Assembly: GCA_010405405.1 (NCBI GenBank)
Contig: MU004239.1
Location: 744,001 to 808,000 of the forward strand
Source of the DNA: Microthyrium microscopicum
Lineage: Eukaryota
Direction: 5' to 3'
Length of the DNA: 64,000 bases
A program made the translations under genes and the position numbers. The notes below the pieces were generated by a model that did no database searches, had not been told where the DNA came from, and worked only from the letters and a program-made list of their open reading frames with translations. Positions 11,820 to 24,341 of this stretch are shown here, piece after piece; positions within the stretch are counted from its first letter, which is position 1, and every line of letters begins with the position of its first letter.

Positions 11820-12421
11820 TGAAAGAGCTAAAACATGAGGTTTATAGTACTAAGCAACGAGCACTCCTTTCCAAGAGCGTCAAGGTATTGCATCGCGATC
11901 TTGAGACGATGCTAAAATCGAATTAAATTGAGAGCAGTATCCAGCTGCTCGGGAAGTCTATGTCGATGTTACCAACGAAAGATGAGATTGCTATGGAGAG
12001 CTTAGCCTTGCGGGAATCTCGTTTGAAAATTGACGACGTCCACTAGACGATTGTTGATGCCACGACGATGTTGCCAAGTCATGGGTTTGATCCCAATGCA
12101 CCATTGGAGACTCCGGCGTGCCTGATTAGACCTTTTGAACACAATTCCGGCAATAACGTGGAGAAGGTATAGTGCCGTGAAAGAAACAATGGCATCCACT
12201 ATGCTTCGACTCCTGGGCCTGTTTCGGTAGTACGGGGCTGATCCAAGGAGCACTACTTATCAGAGTACTGGCGATAACCTTCAAATCTGGCTTAGAGATA
12301 AGCACACTGAATCTCCAAGCTTCAGCGGCGCCCACGCGATACACGAAATCGAGACCGGCGGACTTGTTGAAATCATCAAGAGGGAGCAGCTCTTCTATGC
12401 AAGTCGTGAGGCGCTTGGGTG
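11820..12421 (+). pseudogene. Possible degraded gene relic with ankyrin-like HG.DPNA / YGADP motifs
   Basis: A long frame interrupted by TAA/TAG stops reads ..IQLLGKSMSML..DDVH*TIVDATTMLPSHGFDPNAP.., then after a frameshift ..MLRLLGLFR*YGADPRS.. Confidence 0.3.
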
Positions 12422-12621
12422 ACCAGACGCGAGCAATTACGATGTGACTCCCTTATCCCAAGTGTACTATTTTATGGGCACACACGACGACGAAAAGTCA
12501 CATTGAGACCTCAACTGGACTCTATGGTTCTATACGTACGCGCCAGAGAAGTTGGTCCAAATGTTATTCGAAACTTCATGGCTAGATCGGTTTTTAATAA
12601 GCGCAAGAAAGCTATGAGCTA

Positions 12622-14182
12622 CTACCTGCGACTACTTGGGGATCTACATACGCCTGTCCAGGGAAGTAAAATTGGATGAGCTCATTGATGGTGATTTTCT
12701 CAACCACTGCACCAAATCCATTGCATCTCACGTATCGTTTTAACTCGTCCAGCATAATGGCCACAAAGTCCGGAGAGATGACATATCCCAGTTCACTGAT
12801 ATGTAGTAGATTCGCCCAAACCTGGATTGGCGTGACGTCTTGAATGCGTTAGTCAAGATTCTCATCACAGGCGAGGATAGGGGAACTTACCTGTCCCGAA
12901 ATTGACGTGCAGACTGGAATTGAACATGGCGCTCAAATCTGGCTTTGGATAACTGAATGGCTCGTACATCGGGCATGAAGCCACCGGAGAATGCTGATGA
13001 TGAGCATGGTTCAGCAAATTCGCCGTCGCCGTGTACACATGGCTAGACCCATAGTTGTCTTCCGGGATATCGCCTTGCACTAAGTTGGGATTCAGCTGCT
13101 CAAACTCGATATGTGGAAAGCATATTCGTTCCAGCTCCAGTACGAAGTCGAGAGCTTGTTGGGAGGCTAAGCTTGGGAAAGCAGCTGATCTGCTCGACTC
13201 TGCTCTTTCTGGTCGTGCAGTAGGGATAGCGGGTGGCTCAAAAGTGACTGGGTCATCAAGGTATGATCTGTGGTTGGTGATGTGTTGAAGGCCTTGACCT
13301 TGGTGGGATGTAAAATCAACATGGACGTAAGGATCGCTTGGTCCTGCTTCTGAATCTGAGGTTGGAGGAGCGGGTGTTGCGCCTTCGGATGGATTGGATC
13401 TAAGAAGTCAGAAGCGTCATACAAGAATAAAGGCCCGACTTACGCTTCCGTGCTAAGGAATGGTGAGTGTAATGCAAAGTCGTTTCCAAATCCAAATGGT
13501 GGGGAGGTAGCTGTCGACGCAGAAGTCAACTCATCAGGAACCGGCACCTTTTCTTCGTCAGCATATCTACCACGATAGTGCTTTTGGTGTGAAACTGCTC
13601 ACATTATTCGTAATGAGTGTCTGCTCCAAAGCTCTAGCCTTTTTCAGAATCTCCGCGTTCTTTTGCTCTACTTCCGCCTCTCTGAAGCTTGATTAGTGAT
13701 CATTTCGCTCGGGGGTATTCTACTGGCAGACAAACCTTTCACGTAAACGCAATACCTCCTTCTCCAGCTCTCGAATGTATCCTTGAGTCCGTTGACGATG
13801 AGTTCTGAGTGGATGTAAGTGCGAAAATGCAACAAAAAGGACTAAAGGCACTTGCCGCTGTGCTTGAAGAACCTGTTCTCTTCGACGATCCGGTGCTTTC
13901 TTTGATGTTCCTTTCGAAGCTACACGTGTATGACGATTAGGAATATATTCGTAAGCATCGCCAGTGAGCGAAAGCCGCTCACTTGTGATTTGAGGCTCCA
14001 GTGACCCTCATGTCCAACTTACATTTATCCGAGTCCGGTGGACTTCCAACCTTCTTAGGTGAGTCTAACGTGCGCCCGATGATTCTTTTTGCTCTGGAAG
14101 TGAGTGTTTCTCTTTTTACACTACTATCGGTCGGACTTTTCCCCTCACTCAGACTATCTGGATCGTTCCCTGGGGATGCCAT
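12622..14182 (-). CDS. Fungal bZIP-like transcription factor, multi-exon
   Basis: Spliced basic region RREQVLQAQR|THRQRTQGYIRELEKEVLRLRE; C-terminal blocks DFVLELERIC, SHVYTATA, VTPIQVW and VRCNGFGAVVE typical of this fungal bZIP-type family. 3' end could differ if GTATGT near 12650 is used as a donor. Confidence 0.8.
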
Positions 14183-15453
14183 ATTTCGTGGTGCTTCAGC
14201 TTCGTGGAGCTCGCGAGATCGGAGCTTTATAGCACTAGCGGACTTACCTGCTCAGAGAAGTACCAAAGTATTAAATGTTCCACAAGCTGAATGAAGTAAT
14301 TTTAGACATGTCCAGATTAAAAGTTCTTTGTGGTTCGAGCTGTCAGAACGTTAAGCGGCCGTTGATCTTGGACATGGATGATTTCAAACCCTCGTCCGCA
14401 TCATGCAGATTATTAAGAATAGTCAGCAACGAGATTGAAGGGCTTTTGTGTTCAACCAATGGATTTTCCTTTTGTCCATGTTCTAGGCTGGGGGCTGTAC
14501 CTCATCTCTGATAAAGCTCGTGGAAATAACCACAACCTCCGGGAACATGCCGTTTTCTCTAGGTATCTTACTGCTTCGCTATCCTTGGAGGATAAGCAGT
14601 TCGTTTACGCTTCGTGCCAATGCATTTGCACCCAATCGAAGGCATCTTCCTTGGCCTCCGATCATCGCCGTATCCGTCGGCATCCCCGAAATATTGTGTC
14701 AGTCATGTGGATTTCTTAGACTTGACAACACGCGTACTGTTTTATGACGTTCATATTTTTTGGTCCAAGAACGTAGAGGTTATGAAAATCAGGCTAATTG
14801 TACTTTGCGAAGTATTGTATCAAACTTGTCACTTTCTTCTCCATCCAGAGCCTTTCGTATTTTCGAAGTTTTTACCTTTCTAATCTTCAGCCTTATCGAC
14901 CAATTTTCAGCCTTATCTAATCAACACCGTCACCTTCGCCATCTCAAACCACATGCAGCTCTCTGCTTCTGGATTACAAGCAATAGTGTCTGTCAATTGC
15001 CACTCTTGACCTTAAAATATCATTGGAAAATGCCTCTCAGTTCGATCAATACAGACAGCAGGCAGAATTCAAGACTGCCACAACAAGCGTCGCTTTGTAT
15101 GCCACCGCTTGAACAGTTGAACATGTAGGCAAACATGCCAAATTTATCTTAGATTATCATGACATGAGTTGAACTCATATAAGGTATCTTGCGGCAGCCC
15201 GCGCGGAATCTGGTTCAGTCGTAGCTTCTGTGTTTTATCAATGTGCCTGCCATATGGAGCGCTTTGAATCCAGTTGCCAGGCAGGCACTACCAGGCGACT
15301 ACCCACCAAAAATTCCCACCCTCATTTCTCACCTCCATACCGACCAGTTTCTTTACTTCGTCTTCTCTCCATCTTCTCCGTGCGTGGTTCTCCGCAGAAC
15401 TCATGCCAGCAAGTCTTGGTCCTTCATCTCCTTCGAGTCGTCCACTCATTACG

Positions 15454-16276
15454 ATGATGTCCAACTCACTATTTGCAGCGCTGGACCTAGCAAGTCCATG
15501 CGACCTTGCAGAACGAAACCTTTTGGTATCTGTACGTCGGGAATATGAATAGACATACACTAACACGCCAAGATTGCCCATCACCTCGCAAAGTCCAATG
15601 ACCATTACTCAGCCATGGCTCAGGTTGATACAAACGTCAGAGCGCTGCGATTACAAGTTCCAAGCCATAGAAAATACTGGCTCATCACTGTGAATCTTTT
15701 GGTCGGCCTCAAAACTAGATTCATGCTGAACGCGGGCACCTTTGAACTCCTTGACATACTGCGGCTTGCTATTAGAGAATTGGTGTCGCTAGACAGAGGA
15801 AGGCAATATCAGAAGCTAGTGGTCGAAATGCGAACCCTCTATGAGCTGACTCTCCGTCAGTTTCACGATTACTAATGTCCGAACAAAGACTTTGTGGAGA
15901 CATCGAGACCGTTTCGACCTAGCACGAGTCCAGCTTCTACCATTTCATTGGGCATTTTTCCAGTCGTCAAGAGGTTTACGTCGACCTTTACCGTTTTCAC
16001 TATTCAAGGCGACTATGCCCCCCGGACTGTGCAGAATGCCATTGGCGATTTCGAGAAAATCGGTCCAACACAGACCTGGTTCAAGCGCTAGCAATGAAGA
16101 CGGAAGAGAATAACTGGCTGGTCTACGAAAATGCACGACTGTCAATGGCGTTGGCTGATGCGCAAAAATCGGAATCAGAATTGTCGGTGACCAAAACAAA
16201 ACTGGCGAGAATGGACAGAGTCGTGAACGCCTTTGTGGAATTCAAGCTGGCAATTGATGAGCTTGATGAGAACTAG
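15454..16276 (+). CDS. Hypothetical spliced protein with CxxxCxxCH and a C-terminal coiled coil
   Basis: ATG 15454, in-frame intron GTACGT..CTAAC..AAG into the 15615 ORF; a last open frame from ~15923 reads HESSFYHF..LCPPDCAECH..MKTEENNWLVYENARLSMALADAQK..; the second splice is uncertain. Confidence 0.35.
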
Positions 16277-16747
16277 GACAGCATCAGCCTCGTGGGCACG
16301 GGAACCTGTTGGCTTGTTTTTACTGTAATCAATATGCACTTGATTGAGTGTTCAAGTCTGCAGCAATACAGAATCTAGGCAAAAAATCATTCTATCGCAT
16401 ATCTGACATGTGTCCATCATCAGCCATGTAAATTCCATATATGGAATAGGCAGTCGCTATTGAGATACGTCTGGCAGAGAAGTTGCTTAGCGTAAGTTAG
16501 CACTACCTCTAGGCTCTCATTAAATTTTAGTTTACGAGATAGGATTGAAGAAACAAAAATAAACGATGTCTTGAGAAACATTGGCTGACAAAAGCCTTCG
16601 TATTTGGCTGCAAATAGCCAAGCCATTACACTCAATGACAATCAGGCAACCATTTTTGACACCTTTTAATCAAGCAAGGAACTCAATGAACATGCCAAAC
16701 GTATACAATTTTTCTACTTTCCTTTAGTTCTTCAAATCTTTCGTACC

Positions 16748-18301
16748 ATGGCTCAACCAAAATCATCCCTCAATATAATAATCGTCGGCGCTGGTATAGC
16801 CGGTCTATCAACATATCTCCATCTTCAAAAGTACTGCTCCCCTCTAGTCGATCTAAAGATAACAATCTACGAATCATACAATTTAGCCACCAAGCGATCA
16901 GCGGAAGATGCAACCTTCCAAGAACTTTCCTCCTCCAGCCTCCTTACCGGTGGTGGACTTGGACTTTCTCCTAATGGCATGCGAATCCTGCACGAACTGG
17001 ACGAAGATCTTTACACCAACGTGAAAGCTTCAGGCTTTCTTGCGGAAAAGTTCGTATTCAAGAGTTCAAGAGGTTGGAGACTTAACGTCGCGCCTACTGG
17101 AGATGGGAGGGGAAAGAAAGGGAATCCACCTGGCAAGGAGGAGGTTTGTCTGGCTGTGTCACGGCAGGGGTTGAGAGATACAATTTTGGAGGCCGTTGGG
17201 CTGGAGAAGGTGGTGTATAAGAAAGTCGTCAAAGCAAGAATGGCTGAGTATTCCCAGGGGAAGAAAGCGGCTGTTGTGTTTGAAGATGGGTCGGAAGATG
17301 AGGCAGATCTGATTATTGGCGCGGATGGTGTACGCTCGGAAGTACTTCGCGGGATCTTTAATTGTGATGACGAGGAGATGATGCCGAAACCATATTATGA
17401 GTATGTTTCCTGAGAGTTGTGTTTGGCTTGGTTTGACTGACATTGATCAAGGGGCCTGATAGGAGTTGGTGGATTCATTGATGGTCCAATTCCAGAGGAG
17501 ATCAAGAATGAAAAGTCAATGGTTTTTGTGTTTGGACCGAATGGCTTCTTTGGCTACGGCGCGACCTCTGAAGATCAAGCTATGTGGGTAAGTGCTTTAT
17601 ATACAATTCCTCCCTCCTTTGCTTTTGATACTGAGATACGACAGTGGTCAACATGTCAGTCCGACGATCTCCCCGAAAAGAGAAAGATTACTCCAGAAGA
17701 GATGAAAAGTCAGCTCAAATCCCGACATGGCTCATGGAAAGACCCAATCATCCAAGATATCATCGAAAATGCCGATGTCGAACAAATCTACCCAGTCTGG
17801 ACAGTTCCCGAGCTACAACGCTGGGGCAACAATGGTCTAGTGGTAATCGGCGATGCTGCTCACGCTCTCCAGCCTACGAGTGGTCAAGGGTCCAGTCAAG
17901 CACTAGAAGATGCGAAATGCTTGTCTTTGATACTTTCAATGCTACTCAAGAAGAGAATGGAAGGCACGGTGGATGCTTCTCTCACGGATACAATCGAACT
18001 GAGCTTCAAGGTTTTCTATGATGTTCGACAGCCTAGAATTGACAAGATTGTACAGCGCACGAAGATGATGGCTCAGAGCAAGAAAGATATGAGCTTAGCT
18101 CAGGAGATGACTGTGTTACTCATGCTCTGGCTAATGGGAAAGATTCCAGCAATAGGTACGTGACATTTCTGCATGGAACTGATTCTGACATGACGTTTCT
18201 GACACTGTGTAGGGAAAGCGCTGATCGGGGATGTTAATAAGGAGCTTTACTACTGGGACATGGAGGGAGAAATCGATAAAGCTCTGGGGAAAATGAAATA
18301 G
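16748..18301 (+). CDS. FAD-dependent monooxygenase (group A, salicylate hydroxylase/zeaxanthin epoxidase-like), 4 exons
   Basis: IVGAGIAG, IGADGVRS, IGDAAH..P..GQG...A.ED motifs; GT-AG introns near 17402, 17588 and 18156. Confidence 0.92.
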
Positions 18302-18764
18302 AGTTACGTTGGGAAGCCATGCTGACACAGCGTGTTGTATTGCTCGGTCAGTGTTGTTTTTTGTATCTCGTTTGAAACATAAACATCGCCAAGTGCGAAC
18401 TAATTTTTGTGAATCTCAATATTCGAATGTAGGAATATTTGAAAGCCTACTTCTTTCCAGACTGTATCAAAGCCGATCGAGTGAAAGCAAAAGAAATATA
18501 CAATTCGCTGGAAATAGCCATCACCAATATAACTTCTAGTGGTATATCATGTCAAGCCCTGCCTAACACCACTCACCCAACTCACCCTAGATTCATGCCC
18601 CTGAATAATGAATCGATGTCATTTAATTTAGATCTGTAATTGTTTAGGGCCAAGCTAAAATTGTCAGGTCGGCTACAGAGCTGGAGTACCCGATTTAGAT
18701 ATATCTTGGCCTCATCTTTGGATGTGATGTAAGAATTGTATCTGCCATTTTATCGCTCTAAAAT

Positions 18765-19571
18765 ATGCGTATCGACAACATCATTATCAGCATTGCTGGA
18801 CTCACAGGCGTCGCTGCTGCCGCGGCATGTTCGCCGGTCCATCTCATCGTGGCTAGAGCTTCTGGAGAGTAAGTGAGCCCACCAGATGAAAATCCACGCC
18901 ACCAGACTCCCAACAATGTCACCAATGATACGAACTATCCTTTTCTAACAGACAGCCCAGATCCCCCGGCGAAGGCATATCACGTACCGTCTCCGCCGCC
19001 GTCAAAAAGGTCATCCCAGAAACCACGTCCGACCCCGTCGTCTATCCCGCCAAGATGCCATACACCAACTCCATGGCCAAAGGTACCGCCGAGCTTCAAC
19101 GCATGATCGCCGCCTACACAACCCAATGCCCGACCACCAAAATCGCACTCATCGGCTATTCGCAAGGCGCCTCCGTCGTCATCGACGCCATGTGCGGCGG
19201 CGGCGGAAATCCAGAAATTGGACCACATACGGAAGGTTTGAGCAAAGAGCAGGGACGGAATGTTAAGGTGATGACGGTGTTTGGTGATCCGAGGTTTGTG
19301 GCTGGGATGCCGTATAATGTGGGGACGAATAATAGGACTAATGGGGTAAGTTGTATGCCTAGGAAATAGGGGTGAGATAGTGCTAATGATGTAGCTCTAT
19401 GCGAGGGCGAAGAAGGACGCTGAGTGTCCGAATTTCAAGGATATTATTAAGAGTTGGTGTGATACGGGAGATAATAGGTGTGCGAGTGGGAGTAGTCCGA
19501 GTGTGCATTCGAGTTATTTGAACCGGTATCAGAAGGCTGCGGTTGATTTTATTGTTTCGATGGTGAAGTAG
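18765..19571 (+). CDS. Secreted CE5 cutinase/acetylxylan esterase, 3 exons
   Basis: Signal peptide MRIDNIIISIAGLTGVAAAA, C.PVHLIVARAS, YPA, CPTTKIALIGYSQGA (Ser), FGDP, WCDTGDIRC (Asp) and VHSSY (His). Confidence 0.93.
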
Positions 19572-19973
19572 TGGGTTTTGTGGATAGTAATTGGAATCTC
19601 CTCTACACGCATGATTGAATAATTGTGGAGAGTTGAAAAGTGTCTTTGTCGAGACAATGATCAGGAGATCAAAACTCGCGGATATGAAAATGATGCAAGA
19701 AGTGTTCTTTTGCGCGGAGTTGGTAGATGGGAAGATATCAGAGTATTCCTACAGATAATCCGAACTCTATGTACAAAGAACGAAGCGTAAACCTACAAAT
19801 ATCAAGTCAATCGCTCTCATGCTCTGCAAAAATGAAATACCAGTCGAGTACAGCCTCGGCATATTGACACTTAAAATTCGAGGCCGTATATGCTCCCAGT
19901 AGTGAAAGTCCAGGGCCTCATTCATCCTGAGCGCTTCAACCCATTGAATTTTCATTCTCATTGTACGATTCGG

Positions 19974-20531
19974 CTACTTGTCCGAGTTTGTCATCGTCCG
20001 CTTGATCTTCGTCGTGAATCTTCTAAGAGTGCTCGGTCGATCTTTGCCACCATCCTTGCTGTCGATGCTCTGTCTCGTAGACGTCGCGGTGAGGGGGGTG
20101 GCGGTCTTTTGTTTGTCTAGGCCGAGTTGTTCCATCGGGTTTCCCTTCTCCGTCGGTGTTGCGACTCCCGAGGTATCGTCAACTACAATGCGTTAGCCGT
20201 GGTCATCCCTCAGGGCTGAAGTAAAACCCTCACTGTTCTGCTTTACTGGAGCTTTGGATGGATTGTCATGCGAGCCGTCGTAAGCACTACTTTGCCAGCC
20301 CTCATGTAGCGGTAATGAATCGGATGACATGTCGGACTCGTCAGCCATGTCGGCGTAGATTTGGGACTTGAGGTTGTTTGTCTACGTCATTAGCTGAGGC
20401 TTCATCTTTGAACAAGATGGCAATCTTACGAGCTTGATTCTGTTGTAGCTGAAGGTACGCAGATCATCCAGAGATGGTCTCCCAGCAGTATCTTCGAGAT
20501 TGCCAGTGGCATGGTCCTTTGAATCGGTCAT
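19974..20531 (-). CDS. Small hydrophilic hypothetical protein, 3 exons; not in ORF track
   Basis: CAAAATG start at 20531 (MTDSKDHATGNLE..), introns GTAAGA..GCTAAT..TAG and GTGAGG..GCTAAC..TAG keep the frame; ends PSTLRRFTTKIKRTMTNSDK*. Confidence 0.7.
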
Positions 20532-21934
20532 TTTGAAAAGGCGTAAAGTTGAAGTCGAATGAGCGACGTGGTGTCGTTGTGGCGGAAAGGATCAATTGCT
20601 GGACGGATTTAAAAAGGGTCTGAGTGATTCTTGATACGTTGGAGTACTTGTGAGTAAGTTATGGTGAGGTTGTGGTGAATGTTGGGTGTGGTGAAGTTGG
20701 AGAGAGAAAGGTGGTTGGGATGATGCACGTGGGGCCAAATTTTAGTCGCGTGTCAAAACTCCAAGAACTCACGATATCGGCAACTGCGATGGACTGCAGG
20801 ATATCTCAACACTCGAGATATACAATTGATTTTTAACTTCAACGTTATCATAACTTATCAATTTGTCAATTAGACAAACGCCTTCCAATAATCTTGATTG
20901 CGATGACGGCAAATGGGAGGGGTATTTTCTATCCCTGTCGCTCATCCTCCACGTATTTCAGCTCTCAATCGCGACCGTATGACCATCGCCTCGTCTCACT
21001 ATTCCCGTACGAGTCTCTATGACTTCTAAGAGCTCGAGAATGGAGATCAGCACTGCACCCTGAACCTCGGTTGTCTTCTATATCCATTGGATTCGAATAG
21101 GGGCGGGGCGGTCTCTACATCTATCATCAGTCCACCACTTTAACCATCGAATGTTTAGATCTGAGGCACCTTTTACTCCGCTACCTAGGTAGTTTCAAGG
21201 TTTATCGCACATCTGGGAGCCCAATGCTGAGGACAAAAACTTGATTGAGAATTTGAGACCGAGTCAAGCTCGTTGAAGCTTAGTCACGTCGAAGTCGAAT
21301 CCGGGGTTTGCTTTAGCGCGCGTCTGCTTGCAACCACACTCCATGAGGCTGATTATCAGGCTGATCATCAGGCTGAGTCCATATATCCTCAATCTCATTC
21401 ATCTGCCCAATAGCAACTGTCCCTCCTTGTCAAGCTCGTTGACTGCACAGGACCATAACCAGATCCCTCGTTACTCCATCTCGGCGTCAGAGTGCTTATA
21501 CTGGGTCCTCCTTACGACAGCCACACTTGTTGGCTCTGTTATTGCATGAAACGCTAGTTGGCTTATTTCTCCAAGCTCCGATCACAGTGGAAAGCCTCTC
21601 AGTCCGACAGTTGTGAGGTACCTTCCGATATGTTTTCAGTCGCGATGGACCAAGGAACATTTGAACCTCTGCAATGCAACCGTGAGGTGCTTGCCTATTG
21701 GTCACAACTCGCAAAATGCGCAACAGACGTAGCTGCTATTCTGGGCTGCTATAGCTGCACTTTCCTAAAACAGCCAGCCTTACCGGTCTTTTCCTAGACT
21801 TATTCGTAGCTGCCGTCTGAGACACGGCAAGTTTAATATAATGATGGCTACTACCTAGGTATGTGTTGAAGAATCAAGCCCTTCGCCTTCTTTGATCTTA
21901 CTCCTCACTTTCCCCATGACTAATTATATTTATC

Positions 21935-23380
21935 ATGCTCTCATCCTCTCACTACAACCTCTTCGCTCGCGCTCCCCAACGACGACTCTTGACAACAGTT
22001 TCTATTATTCTCTTCCTTTCTGTGCTTTTACTACGTCAGCAGTCGCCGACTCGGATCACAGCACAAGTACCGGTCAATAAGGCTCACCATTCCAAGCTTC
22101 CATACCATGAAGAGCTGGGTGTCTCCCTAGGTATTTCGGAATGGGGCAAGCGAGGCCAAAGCACAAAGAAGATGATTCAATGGGCAGAAGCGCTCATAGG
22201 ACATTCAGATGATGTTGACGAAACTGACAAGGCCTTATTCCAAGCTGCCTTAACACATCTTTTCCCATTCCTGGCAGGCACGGAGAAGAAACTGTACACC
22301 CCTTGGACCTCTTCGACCAACGAACCTCCCTCCAATGGCGTTGGAATCGTCATTTGCGCCGGCTCAAACAACATCCACCTGGCCACCCATCTAATTCGCA
22401 ATCTACGTCGCGTGCATGGCTCTAAACTTCCGATTGAAATTGCATACGCGGGCGAAAAGGACCTTCATTCAAAGCATCGCAACTTCTTGGCACGCGAAGA
22501 TGTGTCCTTCAACAATTTGCTAGAGTTCTTCCCTGCTGCTCGTCAAGACCTGAAGAATAGTGGTTGGGCGATGAAACCGTTTGCCCTTCTGGCATCATCG
22601 CATACTCGCGCTATTCTTATAGACGCGGACGCCATCTTCCTCGCCGCCCCGGATGATATATTCGAGTCTAATGCCGGCTTGAATCGCACCGGGCTGCTGC
22701 TGTTTCACGACAGAGCTTCTGAGGGTCGGGGTGGAGAATCGTTAAAGTTCCTCAAGTCGCAGATCGAAGCAGCGAATAGGACCGTCTCTTCTTATCTTCA
22801 AAATCAATCACTCTTTTACAGAGGTGTGACCTCTTACGAAGCCGACAGTGGTGCAGTCGCTATCGACAAGTCCCGTCCATCCCTCCTCCTTGGACTAATC
22901 TTTGCGACATGGATGAACAAAAAACAAGTTCGCGAAGAGGTCACGTACAAACTCTATCACGGCGACAAAGAGACATATTGGATCGCCATGGAGCTAGCCA
23001 ACGTTGAGTACTTCTTTCAGCCATGGTATGCCGGCAGCATCGGCAACATTGGTCAGCAGTCCACGGACTACGACTCTGCCACAACAGATATTATAATTTG
23101 CGGCAAACATATGCTCCATCTAGACTCCCTGGGGCAGAAACCCTTCTGGTTCAACGGCGGCATCTACGACAATAAGGATTCGCCGGAGCAAGGCTTTGGT
23201 GCGATGACACATTTCTGGACGGGAATAAAGGATGCGCCGCCGCAATGGTACTGGGTGCCGCAAGGTTTTGCTTGCGTGAAGGAGAAGAACATCAACCTGC
23301 TATCAGAGCAAGACAAGAAAAATCTTGATCTGACGAGGCAGCAGGTTCTAGAGATTGATGCAGAGATCAAAGCCTTGTGA
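21935..23380 (+). CDS. GT71 alpha-mannosyltransferase (Mnn1/Mnt-like), type II membrane protein
   Basis: N-terminal anchor, GIVI, LPIEI.Y, GWAMKPFALLAS, LIDAD (DxD), LFHDR, DSG, GDKETYW, MLH and WFNGG; intronless. Confidence 0.92.
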   Translation: MLSSSHYNLFARAPQRRLLTTVSIILFLSVLLLRQQSPTRITAQVPVNKAHHSKLPYHEELGVSLGISEWGKRGQSTKKMIQWAEALIGHSDDVDETDKALFQAALTHLFPFLAGTEKKLYTPWTSSTNEPPSNGVGIVICAGSNNIHLATHLIRNLRRVHGSKLPIEIAYAGEKDLHSKHRNFLAREDVSFNNLLEFFPAARQDLKNSGWAMKPFALLASSHTRAILIDADAIFLAAPDDIFESNAGLNRTGLLLFHDRASEGRGGESLKFLKSQIEAANRTVSSYLQNQSLFYRGVTSYEADSGAVAIDKSRPSLLLGLIFATWMNKKQVREEVTYKLYHGDKETYWIAMELANVEYFFQPWYAGSIGNIGQQSTDYDSATTDIIICGKHMLHLDSLGQKPFWFNGGIYDNKDSPEQGFGAMTHFWTGIKDAPPQWYWVPQGFACVKEKNINLLSEQDKKNLDLTRQQVLEIDAEIKAL

Positions 23381-23690
23381 GGCACAAATATTGGTTGAAT
23401 TTTCAAGGGCTATCTTTTTCAGCGATTTGTACTTTTAATCGTGATTATACATTCTCTAGGTAGAGTATCGTGAGGCTATCAAAGTTACCAACCACTAGCC
23501 AATCCTTTCTTGCCAACTCTTCCTCCTCTCATTTGGACAGAAGTTGCCCCTCAAACCTAGAAAGTAATGGTCACTAAAAATGATAAACGGCCGCTACTTA
23601 ACCCCACCTTGTCCCCATTAGTACCTGTCCAGGACAAACTCAAAGCTAATGACGAGTCTATCTCTATCTCATCATCTCGACATAATCAAA

Positions 23691-24341
23691 ATGACCCAAC
23701 CAGTAGAAGTAAAACTGTACCACTTGCCACCCACCAAACTCATTCCCAACTCAAAGCATCCGCTCATCCAATATCCAGGCCTAAACAAAGACCGATCACT
23801 GAAAGATGTCTACAACCTATATCACAGCAATGGCTGGAATACCCAATGGATTATCAAGTACGGCTCGACGCAGCAATCTCACTATCATTCCACAACACAC
23901 GAGTGCATGACCGTCATGAGCGGCTCCGCTACCCTCCGCTTCGGTGTCGCCGACACTGTGGAAGACTTGGAAGAGAATACGCATGGCAACGGCAAGGAGG
24001 AAGGCGGCATAGAGATCCAAGCGAATGCTGGCGACGTTTTTATCATCCCTGCTGGGGTAGCGCACAAGACATTTGACACCGGAGTTGGAACCCCTGATTT
24101 TGAGATACTCACTCCGGCTTACGATAGGCCTCTTGAAGAAGAGGACTTTGATAAAGTCCTTCCAGATATCAAGCTAAGCGGCTTCACTATGATGGGTGCG
24201 TATCCGCTGGGTGGTGGGTGGGATTTTAAGGTTGGCGGGGAAGATGCTGGCGTGTATGAGAGAGTCTGGGGTGTCGCGAAGCCTGCTAAAGACCCTGCTT
24301 TGGGCGAGTCGGTAGATGGCTTGGTTGGGTTGTGGAAGTAA
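23691..24341 (+). CDS. Cupin-superfamily protein (YjlB-like)
   Basis: IPNS..PL, NGW, HYHSTTHE, GDVFIIPAGVAH, MGAYP and DP..G..GL..LW. Confidence 0.88.
   Translation: MTQPVEVKLYHLPPTKLIPNSKHPLIQYPGLNKDRSLKDVYNLYHSNGWNTQWIIKYGSTQQSHYHSTTHECMTVMSGSATLRFGVADTVEDLEENTHGNGKEEGGIEIQANAGDVFIIPAGVAHKTFDTGVGTPDFEILTPAYDRPLEEEDFDKVLPDIKLSGFTMMGAYPLGGGWDFKVGGEDAGVYERVWGVAKPAKDPALGESVDGLVGLWK

Noticed and set aside
14500..15130. Protein-like fragments with stops on the minus strand and a short tandem duplication
   Set aside because: No recognisable family; cannot be distinguished from intergenic noise by eye.
21346..21377. Short tandem repeats (12-mer at ~21346, AGGT run at ~24731, 10-mer duplication at ~7891)
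   Set aside because: Ordinary slippage repeats with no spacer structure; not CRISPR-like.
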